IMG/VR virus record: IMGVR_UViG_3300032242_001280
DNA from: a virus
Direction: 5' to 3' (one strand)
Length of the DNA: 64,000 bases
The notes under the pieces are model-generated. The model had not been told where the DNA came from and ran no database searches. It saw only the letters and a program-made list of their open reading frames with translations. Numbering within the stretch: position 1 is the first letter of the stretch; every line of letters starts with the position of its first letter. Positions 48,786-57,738 of this stretch are shown one piece after another. The position numbers and the translations under genes are program-made.

Positions 48786-49684
48786 TCTGCCCACCGCACT
48801 AAAAATAGCGTTACATCATCACGGTTAGTAAAGTAAAACTTATTCTTGCTATAAAACCAAGTATCACTGCCTTCACCAAAATTGTCACAGCACCAATCAA
48901 TTGCTGCGTCATGATTTCTGCTAATCTGCACCCAATTGAATACACCTTTTTTACCCTTGTATTCAAATCTAACGCCACTATCAACAATCATCACGCCCAT
49001 CGCAACAAGAATAATGTTAACTGTTCTTCGGTATCAAATCCAAATATTGGATGACCGCCAAAATTTGGAACATATTGATATTGTGAGCCACAGTTATTAA
49101 GCAAGCACCATACTTGAACTTCATCAATCATAAAACCACGCATTTCTGTCATCGTATCAGTTCTGCCGCTATGATCAGTCATCGTAGCACGAACATTGAA
49201 TGGTTTATAATCAAAATCTCCTGCAAACTCATTGCTATCAATTATCTTGAATGTAAGTCTTAAAGACATATCAACTCCATCGCATTACAAAGTGTGTTAA
49301 ATCTTCTGCTCGCTTAAACTTAAAAACAAACACTGTTGGCTCTACACTTATTAGTGTAATATTATTTGCTACAATATCGTTGGCTTCCGACCATGTTGTT
49401 TTTTCAGGATTGTCAATGTTTTCTGCAACCCATTGTCGTATTTCAAGATATAATTCTTTAATAGTAGATACATGAGCACCTTCAACAATTGTAACATTAG
49501 CCTGATGTTTATACTGATAATTACTATACTTGAAAAGCACCCACGATTTGCAGTCTTTTAATTTGCTACGCCAGTTACCCTCATGAATATCAAATCCTAC
49601 TGCAATCATAGCACACACACCGTAGCATGCGACCATGATTGCAGCAGTTGTGATAACCGAATATGGTATTTCAATTACCAACAT
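48782..49684 (-). other. Three tandem small paralogs ending in a F-x-F...(D/E)..T.F..RW motif
   Basis: 48782-49000 FYFTNRDDVTLFLVRWAE; 48991-49269 FGFDTEEQLTLFLLRWA; 49271-49684 FKFKRAEDLTHFVMRWS. Confidence 0.65.
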
Positions 49685-50868
49685 TAGGCATCGCCCTCAA
49701 AGTGATAAGTCCAACGGAATGAACCCCACAGTGAGCGGGCTTCATCAACCTTGGTCTGGCTACCAAGATGCTTGCGGATTAAATCCAACACCATCTTGCG
49801 AGTATCCTTACCATCAAACTTACCAAACACAATGCCAGGTGCGAATTGGTCTTGTGCCTTGATAGTAGGCATCCACTCTAACGCATAACGCTTACGGTCA
49901 AGACCATGAGCCGTAACCGTGTCGTAGTATTGGTCATATGACTTGATGACTTGGGCAACACCCATCCAAAAGTCAGTTTCAAATTCTTCAACACGCTTGC
50001 GGTCATCATCCAACATAAACGCCTTTGCATCATCCATCTTTTCTTCAACAAGAAGTTCAATGATGTTCTTCTCGTGAAGCAGATGATCTTTGGTCTTGTG
50101 AATACGCAGGTACCACTCACCCTTGCACTTGACCATGTGTCCATCGTCAAAGCGAACGATGTAACCTTCAATGCCTTCGGCATCACGAGTTTCATCCATG
50201 AGGTGTGCCATAGATTGTGCAGAACCGCCATAGGTCTTGACCACTTCTATGTCATACATCTCGCCATATTCTTGCAACCAACGAAGGCTGAAATACTTGC
50301 CGCTAATAGTGTTACGAGCAGCAATCAACACAAGACGATCTTCTGGATAATCAACCACAATACGCTGCTTGCGTGAGCACCATTCAAAGATAGGAGTAAA
50401 GCCGAAGTTATCCATGACCATACGAGCAAACTGCTCATACTGTGGATGACGAGCAACAAACTCTTCTGCTTGCATAGAGACTTCGGTCAAACCCATCTTG
50501 GTTCCCCAACGGATGCTTCCATCAGGCATAGAGACAGGCGTGATCATAGAGCCGTCTAACTTCTCCAAGATAACATGTGGCTGCGTGAAGTCAATAACAC
50601 CAAACTGCGTTTCATCACGCTCACCGATGTTGAAGAACTTGTGCAAACGACGAGCCATGATAGAGCCGTCCTTGTGGAACAGCATACCACGACACTCACG
50701 GCGGATTGCATCCAACTCCGTTTCAACAGGAGGAAAGGTATCGGTCATTGATACCATGTAGTTGACTACATAGCCCCAATCACGCTCTGCAATGATAAAT
50801 TCATCACGACCCGCAATAGCAGGACGAACCTGGTCAAGGTGAGTGATACGGGGAAATTCGTAGCGCAT
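49684..50868 (-). CDS. RNA ligase 1 (T4 Rnl1-like)
   Basis: RECRG, KFFN, EKLDGS, FEW, EGYIV, KCK..WY. Confidence 0.9.
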   Translation of the reverse strand: MRYEFPRITHLDQVRPAIAGRDEFIIAERDWGYVVNYMVSMTDTFPPVETELDAIRRECRGMLFHKDGSIMARRLHKFFNIGERDETQFGVIDFTQPHVILEKLDGSMITPVSMPDGSIRWGTKMGLTEVSMQAEEFVARHPQYEQFARMVMDNFGFTPIFEWCSRKQRIVVDYPEDRLVLIAARNTISGKYFSLRWLQEYGEMYDIEVVKTYGGSAQSMAHLMDETRDAEGIEGYIVRFDDGHMVKCKGEWYLRIHKTKDHLLHEKNIIELLVEEKMDDAKAFMLDDDRKRVEEFETDFWMGVAQVIKSYDQYYDTVTAHGLDRKRYALEWMPTIKAQDQFAPGIVFGKFDGKDTRKMVLDLIRKHLGSQTKVDEARSLWGSFRWTYHFEGDA

Positions 50869-50929
50869 TGGTCCTACTCCTGTTTATAACTTAATATAAC
50901 ACAGAATTATAGGATGTCAAGCACTTTTT

Positions 50930-51394
50930 TCAGTAATCTGCCAACTCTTGATAGGCATCATTTACCTGATTTGAGGTAATTCCAGCGTGTTTATAGCCGT
51001 TTACAATGGTGGTAACATAGGAATCACTTGGGCGACGATCTCGTGCTGCCCACTGACGGGTAGATGGAGTCATATAATATACCCATGCCTCATACTTTTG
51101 ACCGTCCACAAATATTGGGACAATTTTCCTACCATACATGTTTGGATAACTTTCAATACTGTCAAGATAACGCAGCATTTGTTCGTCTGGCAATTCCCAG
51201 AGGACACCATCAACCGTATCACCGCCACTCTGTACAACATCAGCAAACTTATAAAATTCAAACTTGAAATTTTTAAGTTGTCCACGACCAATAAAGTGTG
51301 CGCCTTGCATAATGCTAGGATCGGTTAGCATACCGTATGCAAAGTAATAAATTGGCTGTCCACCAGCCTCAGTGATAATTTCGTTCATTTTCAT
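50930..51394 (-). CDS. Gamma-glutamylcyclotransferase with capsid-targeting-like leader
   Basis: MKMNEIITEA; YFAYGM; GVLWE; LDSIESYP..Y; PSDSY. Confidence 0.85.
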   Translation of the reverse strand: MKMNEIITEAGGQPIYYFAYGMLTDPSIMQGAHFIGRGQLKNFKFEFYKFADVVQSGGDTVDGVLWELPDEQMLRYLDSIESYPNMYGRKIVPIFVDGQKYEAWVYYMTPSTRQWAARDRRPSDSYVTTIVNGYKHAGITSNQVNDAYQELADY

Positions 51395-51400
51395 GCTCTT

Positions 51401-52081
51401 TTATTTATTGGCTAAGTTACTTAAATCTTCGATTGTTGCAATGCTGCTATCTTGTTTGCACAATTCAATATACTCATTTTTGTCACCGCTCCACTCTACA
51501 CCATTCCACCATTCAAATCCATTTAAATGTGCTTTATAGATACTGCTTTTCTCATAACCACTGCCAATGTAAAGATACTCCAATCCTAACGACCTTGCAA
51601 ATTGAACTTCATGATGCAGCATCTCTGCGCCAAATTCCCATTGAACATGAACAACATAAGCATTGAACTGACTTTCTAATCCGCCGTTATATTTTACAAA
51701 CTTAGTAAACCCACGCAGATTATTTGGAAAAGCACAGCCTCGCCAATAATATTCCATCCATGCATCACGCTCGCTAATCGCAAATGGATCATACAGCGGT
51801 TCAAATTTTTTATCATAAAGATATCTTTCCCACACTGTTTTATATTCTTCACTTGGCGTATCTACGAATTGTAAGTCATAATTATAAACTGTTTGGAAAT
51901 ATTTCCAATCACTCAACACAATGCGTGTGCTGCGTGATTGATACCATTCACCATTATACCATAGCCAACCGTTAGCCAATGCTACTGCTTCTTCGTGCGG
52001 TTCGCATTGTAGATTAGCATGATATAGTTGTAGGTTATGTTTTTCTTGACTGCCATAATAATGGCTATAAGTAACTTGCAT
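51401..52081 (-). CDS. Aminoacyl-tRNA-protein transferase (ATE1/Bpt-like)
   Basis: LANGW...RSTRI N-region; EVQFARSLGLEYLYIG.GY...SIYKA matches the ATE_C YLYLG...YK motif. Confidence 0.62.
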   Translation of the reverse strand: MQVTYSHYYGSQEKHNLQLYHANLQCEPHEEAVALANGWLWYNGEWYQSRSTRIVLSDWKYFQTVYNYDLQFVDTPSEEYKTVWERYLYDKKFEPLYDPFAISERDAWMEYYWRGCAFPNNLRGFTKFVKYNGGLESQFNAYVVHVQWEFGAEMLHHEVQFARSLGLEYLYIGSGYEKSSIYKAHLNGFEWWNGVEWSGDKNEYIELCKQDSSIATIEDLSNLANK

Positions 52082-52585
52082 ATGAACAATTATATAGATT
52101 TAGAAACCGCAAAGCAAGATTTAAGTGATTGGATTATCAATTTTCTTGATGTTCCACAAGCAACATTAAACAATATTGCGCCTTGTCCTTTTGCCAAGAC
52201 TGCGTTAGTTAGTGGTAAGATTAGGTTTGTGATGGGCAGTGATAGTGTAGTTCAAGATATGCTACAACTTAATGCCAAGTGGGATAGTGAATATGAAGGC
52301 GTTGTACTAATCTATCCAAGTGATATCAATGCTGCAAATTTTAGTGATAATGTTGAGTATGTAAACAACTTATTTTATCGCCATAGTGGATTGCTTGCGC
52401 TAGAAGATCATCCGCAGATTCCAGAAAACATTGCTGGTTTGCATTTCAACAATCACAAATATGCAATCGTTATTGTTCAACGAGCAGAGAAACTGCGCAA
52501 GGCAAGTGAGATGTTAGTTAAGCGTGAATATTATAAAAATTGGACACAGCACGATCTAGATAGCGTTGTTGAATGGAGATGGTAA
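52082..52585 (+). CDS. DUF1415-like protein
   Basis: W...F...LNNIAPCPFAK, DHP; start refined to MNNYID. Confidence 0.55.
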   Translation: MNNYIDLETAKQDLSDWIINFLDVPQATLNNIAPCPFAKTALVSGKIRFVMGSDSVVQDMLQLNAKWDSEYEGVVLIYPSDINAANFSDNVEYVNNLFYRHSGLLALEDHPQIPENIAGLHFNNHKYAIVIVQRAEKLRKASEMLVKREYYKNWTQHDLDSVVEWRW

Positions 52586-53692
52586 TTGTATAGCGTTTAC
52601 CAACATTGGGATAAACTTAAAACTTGTGTAGTCGGCAAAAGCTATCCACCGCAATTTTATAGCTTTATTAAAAATCCAAAGCTGCGTAATTTATTTGAAA
52701 AAATTGCTATTGAAACAGAAGAAGATTTAGACAACTTAGAAAAGTTATTACAGAAGTTTAATGTAAAAACTATTAGACCATTAGTTCCACATGTTGATGC
52801 TATTGAACATATTAATAAAGGCGAGCGTATCCCTGCTCCAATCAGTATGATTCCGCGAGATCAAATGATTATGATTGGTAATACTTTTTTATTATTTCCT
52901 TATGATAGAATATATTCAAAAGCAAGTGGCCAACGATTTTCAAAAACTCTCGCTGAACAATATCAAGTCATAGATGAAACTAAAAAATTAGATTGGTGGA
53001 GTCCTATAAAAGATAATGTAATTAACGCAAATAATATTATAATTGAAAATGCATGGGATGAATTATTAAAAGTTCTTCCAGCAAATGGCATAACTCGCTG
53101 TGGAAAAGATTTATATTTTGGAATAGATAAAAACCCATTATTAAAGGTTGGGTTAAAAAAGTTACAGAAAAAATATTTTAGCAATTATAGATGCCACGAA
53201 GTACCAACACATGGTCATACTGATGGAGTTTATATGCCAGTTGTGCCTGGTTTAATTGTTAGCACTGTTCATGCAGATGAGATATCTTATGATAAAGAAT
53301 TTCCTGATTGGGAAATTGTTAATATCATTGGAGAAGGTTGGGGAAAAACAGCAATGTGGTCTCAACTTAAAATAAAAAACAATGGCGCATGGTGGATTAA
53401 AGGGCATGAAGCCGATGATGAATTAATTAATTTTGTAGAAACTTGGCTACGAGATTGGGTTGGTTATGTCGAAGAAAGTGTATTCGATGTCAACATGTTA
53501 ATGATTGACGAACACAATGTTATTTGCAACGGATATAATAAAACAGTGTTTGATGCGTTTGAACGATATAAAATAACTCCGCATATATTAAATTTACGAC
53601 ACCGTTATTTTTGGGATGGCGGTATCCATTGTTCTACACTAGATTTAGATCGTGAAGGAACTATGCAAGATTATTTTCCATCACGAAAATAA
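52586..53692 (+). CDS. Amidinotransferase (glycine/inosamine amidinotransferase family)
   Basis: WDKLKTCVVG, PRDQ, HTDG, FDVNML, GGIHCSTLDL. Confidence 0.85.
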   Translation: MYSVYQHWDKLKTCVVGKSYPPQFYSFIKNPKLRNLFEKIAIETEEDLDNLEKLLQKFNVKTIRPLVPHVDAIEHINKGERIPAPISMIPRDQMIMIGNTFLLFPYDRIYSKASGQRFSKTLAEQYQVIDETKKLDWWSPIKDNVINANNIIIENAWDELLKVLPANGITRCGKDLYFGIDKNPLLKVGLKKLQKKYFSNYRCHEVPTHGHTDGVYMPVVPGLIVSTVHADEISYDKEFPDWEIVNIIGEGWGKTAMWSQLKIKNNGAWWIKGHEADDELINFVETWLRDWVGYVEESVFDVNMLMIDEHNVICNGYNKTVFDAFERYKITPHILNLRHRYFWDGGIHCSTLDLDREGTMQDYFPSRK

Positions 53693-53693
53693 T

Positions 53694-53770
53694 TGGCGAT
53701 CTCGGAGCGATTCGAACGCCCGACCTGTGGAGTAGAAATCCATTGCTCTATCCAACTGAGCTACGAGACC
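53694..53770 (-). tRNA. tRNA-Arg(UCU)
   Basis: Cloverleaf GGTCTCG...GGA(A20)...TTTCTAC loop...TTCGAAT...GCCA. Confidence 0.88.
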
Positions 53771-54153
53771 GTAATATTGAATATATCATTAATAATACTT
53801 TCTGTCAACTCATTTTCAAGATAAAATTCATCAACAAGATAAGTTACGCTGCTACTTAACCTGCGCGGAACTAATTCTTCTGCAATTCGAATACTTTTAT
53901 CATGCGGTATTTTTTCAATAGCGGTGTGATGTCGTTGGTCAATAACTATAACTAGTGGCTTATTAAATTTATAAATCTTACTAAGATTTGCAGCACGACT
54001 TGTTAGGTAAGCACTGTAGCCAGGCTGAATGAACTGACGAGTATAAGGCGTGTCTGCAATTATCTCTTTTTCACTGATGACTTTGATATCGCCAATGTTA
54101 GAAAATATTGTAGTTATTTTTAATGGATTTTCTGCAAGAACTAATATCTTCAT
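53761..54153 (-). CDS. Hypothetical protein between tRNAs
   Basis: ORF; its stop lies inside the tRNA-Arg 5' end. Confidence 0.45.
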   Translation of the reverse strand: MKILVLAENPLKITTIFSNIGDIKVISEKEIIADTPYTRQFIQPGYSAYLTSRAANLSKIYKFNKPLVIVIDQRHHTAIEKIPHDKSIRIAEELVPRRLSSSVTYLVDEFYLENELTESIINDIFNITVS

Positions 54154-54171
54154 TTCACGCCTAAAAAATAA

Positions 54172-54261
54172 TGGCGGTGAGGGTGGGATTCGAACCCACG
54201 GAACCTGTTAAGGTTCGCTCATTTAGCAAACGAGTGCTTTCGGCCTCTCAGCCACCTCACC
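54172..54261 (-). tRNA. tRNA-Ser(GCU)
   Basis: GGTGAGG stem, TTGCTAA loop, long variable arm, GCCA end. Confidence 0.92.
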
Positions 54262-54273
54262 GTATATAAAAAA

Positions 54274-54349
54274 TGGTGGGCAGTGACGGACTCGAACCGC
54301 CGACATTCTCGGTGTAAACGAGACGCTCTACCAACTGAGCTAACCGCCC
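54274..54349 (-). tRNA. tRNA-Val(UAC)
   Basis: GGGCGGT stem, TTTACAC loop, ACCA end. Confidence 0.92.
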
Positions 54350-54434
54350 ATTTCTTATATTCTTAATATACTTATATCTTGTAAATTTGTCAAGCATTAT
54401 TTTAAATAAATAAATGTAAATTGAGGGTTAAAAA

Positions 54435-54878
54435 ATGTCAACAGACCGTTACATCTTCGTCCAATATCTGTTTTTTCCTCAAGATGAAACTTTCATCGAT
54501 ATGGATAGTTGGGCAGCATCTAATCTGTCAGCAGATGAATTAATTGAATATAATACTGCAAAAGAAGAACAAGATAAAATAAAACCTAAACAAAGTTTTA
54601 TAGAAAAAGGTATTGTAGTAGCAGAAAGAAGAGCCAACGCAAATGGCAAACAGTTTACTAAAAACTATACAAACATTGATCCGCCAGAAGGTATTGTTGT
54701 TAGACGAAAACCATTAGAAAATAATTCATCTGAAGAAACATGGGCTTCTGAAGAAGATTGGTATGAATATAATATTGCTGTAGACCCAGATAGTACTTGG
54801 CATAATTATTTTCAAAGATGGTTGACCGAAACAAACCAAAGAATGGAAATAGTTGTTAGAGATACTTTTCCACTTTAA
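54435..54878 (+). CDS. Acidic hypothetical protein
   Basis: ORF with TAAATA and GAGG upstream. Confidence 0.55.
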   Translation: MSTDRYIFVQYLFFPQDETFIDMDSWAASNLSADELIEYNTAKEEQDKIKPKQSFIEKGIVVAERRANANGKQFTKNYTNIDPPEGIVVRRKPLENNSSEETWASEEDWYEYNIAVDPDSTWHNYFQRWLTETNQRMEIVVRDTFPL

Positions 54879-55549
54879 TCAAATATAGTTTTTATATTCG
54901 CATATAAAACTTCTGCCATTATTTTATGACCAAGTTCACTTGGGTGACCATCATCTAATACACTCTTTGGTGTAAATCCAATACAATCACACATGGTCAT
55001 TTTTAAAAAAAATTCAGTATTAATACTTTCTATATATTTTTGATCTAGTTCTGATAAGTTTCTTTGCAAAATTCTGTTAGTATTAAGAGCATTAAACATT
55101 AAATATTTTATTGAATTTGATTTTAAGTATTCTTGCATTACTACAACGCTGCGTAGATAATTTGTAAAGTAATATTCATCATTATAATATCGTTTCCAAA
55201 ATGATTCAATGAATGATGAGGTTTCATCTTTAAATTCTGGAACAGTGCTTATAAAATTTTTACCATAACTGTCATAAAAATCTTGTCGATGATATCCAGT
55301 AACGCCTATTATAACCAAACTTGATTTCTTTTCTTCTGGATATTCCATAAAATAATCTATGATGCTTGAAAGCACATAAGAATTTCCACGACCAGCCTCG
55401 GATAAATTAACAACGGGTATAGACATTTTATCGCCAAGCAATTTTGGCCATGTCGATTCTTTGCCATGTTCTAACTTATATCCACTAGTAAAACTACAGC
55501 CACTAGCTATCAATTTGTTAAATTGTGCATTCATAAATTTTTTAACCAA
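54875..55549 (-). CDS. SGNH-like protein
   Basis: GCSFTSG, NLS.AG.GN, DDGHP...GH. Confidence 0.68.
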   Translation of the reverse strand: MVKKFMNAQFNKLIASGCSFTSGYKLEHGKESTWPKLLGDKMSIPVVNLSEAGRGNSYVLSSIIDYFMEYPEEKKSSLVIIGVTGYHRQDFYDSYGKNFISTVPEFKDETSSFIESFWKRYYNDEYYFTNYLRSVVVMQEYLKSNSIKYLMFNALNTNRILQRNLSELDQKYIESINTEFFLKMTMCDCIGFTPKSVLDDGHPSELGHKIMAEVLYANIKTIFD

Positions 55550-56262
55550 TCTGGTATTAATAATTTATCTTTTTCTGGATCAGGCACAGCGTATACATGA
55601 TTGATAAATGGCATATTACTATCTACGATAGCTTCATAAAATGTATCGGCAATTAACTTATGACCAGCTATATTTGGATGTCCATCATCAAGTGAATTTG
55701 GAAAACTAATACTGCTCATGCTTCGATCATTAAACCATAGATAGCGTGTCATATCTATTTCCATAATCATTGATTTAACAAGTACATCATCTATTATCTC
55801 TGGACTTGGAAAAAATGGAAAAGCATCTAACATCAAGTAATTTATTTTATGCTGTAAAAAATAACTTTGTATTTTTAAAACATGCCGCAGAAAATTTTTA
55901 TAACAATAAAGTTCATCATAATGTTTTTTCCAAAACATTCCTTCTATTTCACTTGGTCTGCGCTTGTTAGGTATAGTAGTAATCAACCCAAGATATTTGT
56001 CAAAAAATTCAACACGAGTAAAATTAGTAAGACCTAGCACTACAAGTGAATTATATTTGTCTTCTGGATTTAATAAAAAATGGTCAATTATACTATTAAA
56101 CACATAGTCGTTGCCCATGCCTTGACGACCATAATTAACTAGCGGCACATTTAGTTGTCTAGATAAAACAGATGCCCAACAATTTGTTTCAGCATCTCGC
56201 AATTTATAACCAGCAGTAAAACTATCGCCACTGGTTATTAATTTTTTTATATTTTCCAACAT
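55531..56262 (-). CDS. SGNH-like protein
   Basis: GDSFTAG, G.GN, DDGHPN.AGH. Confidence 0.68.
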   Translation of the reverse strand: MLENIKKLITSGDSFTAGYKLRDAETNCWASVLSRQLNVPLVNYGRQGMGNDYVFNSIIDHFLLNPEDKYNSLVVLGLTNFTRVEFFDKYLGLITTIPNKRRPSEIEGMFWKKHYDELYCYKNFLRHVLKIQSYFLQHKINYLMLDAFPFFPSPEIIDDVLVKSMIMEIDMTRYLWFNDRSMSSISFPNSLDDGHPNIAGHKLIADTFYEAIVDSNMPFINHVYAVPDPEKDKLLIPDWLKNL

Positions 56263-57059
56263 TCGTTAACTTTCGGCATTATCAATTGCAACCAATCTTG
56301 ATGTGCGGTTGGGCCTGGGTGAGTGCCCCTCATTTCATAATTGTTATAAATTGCCCATGGATGAAAAACATTATCTTTATACCATTTATTCCAGTTTATA
56401 GTGCCATATAAACCAAGTGGTGATAGTTCTTTATTTTGTAACTGATCCTTGGGCCTTGTTTTAAAAATATCATAGCTGGCACTACAGAAAAAATATTCAA
56501 TGCCTTTACTCTCTAAGAAAGTTTGTAGTACTATTATCTCTTTTAATGTTTGATATAGACTGTAAATATGATCGCCTGTCACACTATAGAATTTTTCAGC
56601 AGCAATTCGTACACCTGAATTTTCTAACCAATCATGATGACGATTAAAAAAATCAATCTTTACATCACCACCATCTTTTATATTCATATGTTCTATTTTT
56701 TCTTCTCTGCTTATTCCTTGCCAAGGAGTAAAGTTTGTCCAGTTATTATCAAGTTCAAGTTCTGGGTCTGTACTAAATTGTGTAATACCATTTCGCAACC
56801 GTATCTCATCGCGATGTGTAAATGTCCACATTACGGCAACAAATATTTTTTCATGCTTAAAAGATTGTTTTACTACTTCGCTAATTATTCTGCGACATAT
56901 AGCACTGTTGCTACCGCCTGGTTTTGCTGTGCAAGCATATTCATAGCCTAGCTTATTAGCTAAAAGATAGGACCAAGTTTGATGGCTATACTCATTTGGA
57001 CCTATCTCTAATTCACTTCCCCATGTAAAGGAGTCGCCGCCGCTTATTAATAATGGCAT
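56247..57059 (-). CDS. SGNH-like protein
   Basis: GDSFTWG, PGGSN, THPG..AH. Confidence 0.68.
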   Translation of the reverse strand: MPLLISGGDSFTWGSELEIGPNEYSHQTWSYLLANKLGYEYACTAKPGGSNSAICRRIISEVVKQSFKHEKIFVAVMWTFTHRDEIRLRNGITQFSTDPELELDNNWTNFTPWQGISREEKIEHMNIKDGGDVKIDFFNRHHDWLENSGVRIAAEKFYSVTGDHIYSLYQTLKEIIVLQTFLESKGIEYFFCSASYDIFKTRPKDQLQNKELSPLGLYGTINWNKWYKDNVFHPWAIYNNYEMRGTHPGPTAHQDWLQLIMPKVNECWKI

Positions 57060-57673
57060 TAAGCACCTAATACGCTTTTTGCCTTGTTGTACAATTCAGT
57101 GCGTTCTTCAAGACCAATGGTTCCGCCGTTAATAATCTTTGTTGTCTTGAGGACATCATCACTATCAGCAGTTTCATTGCAGCCGTTTTCTTGGAAGAAC
57201 CAAGCAGCACTACGAGCAGCGCCTTCTGGTGTTGCAAGATAATCACTGTCACTTACTAGGTCTTTGTTAAGTGCTGCGCCACAGCGTTCATAGTTGCTCT
57301 TGCCAGTCAACTGTATGAATCCACGACCACGGAAACGATAGCCGTCGCCGCTTTCGCTGTCACCATTACCCATGCGATTAGCATACACACGGTTGGCAAT
57401 CTTTTCAGGTTGCTTTGCATAATCGTTTGGATCAACATCGTGGAAATACTTTGGAAATACTTTTGCAAGTGTTTCTGCTTTATAGTTTAGGTTTTCTGTT
57501 ACTAAGCTGAACATACCGCTTTCGTGTCCGCACTGCGCAAGAAACATTGCTTCACGGTGTAGCGTATTGATTTCAAATTCATTCATTGCTTCATTAAGAG
57601 CATCAATATACTTGTCTAGATTCTCTTCTTTTGCACCATGAAAAATTTCTTTTAGTTGGTCAACTGTTGCCAT
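57059..57673 (-). CDS. GH19-family endolysin
   Basis: FLAQCGHESG, ENLNY, FRGRGFIQLTG, INGGTIGL..R; start refined to MATVDQ. Confidence 0.9.
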   Translation of the reverse strand: MATVDQLKEIFHGAKEENLDKYIDALNEAMNEFEINTLHREAMFLAQCGHESGMFSLVTENLNYKAETLAKVFPKYFHDVDPNDYAKQPEKIANRVYANRMGNGDSESGDGYRFRGRGFIQLTGKSNYERCGAALNKDLVSDSDYLATPEGAARSAAWFFQENGCNETADSDDVLKTTKIINGGTIGLEERTELYNKAKSVLGA

Positions 57674-57738
57674 TATAGGCTCCTTTTTAAAGATTGTATT
57701 AGTATTTACCATTCACAAACCGTCACATAAATACTTAC

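Noticed and set aside
53694-53770. tRNA read as an amber suppressor (CUA)
   Set aside because: The anticodon stem centres the loop TTTCTAC on UCU, and A20 supports Arg identity
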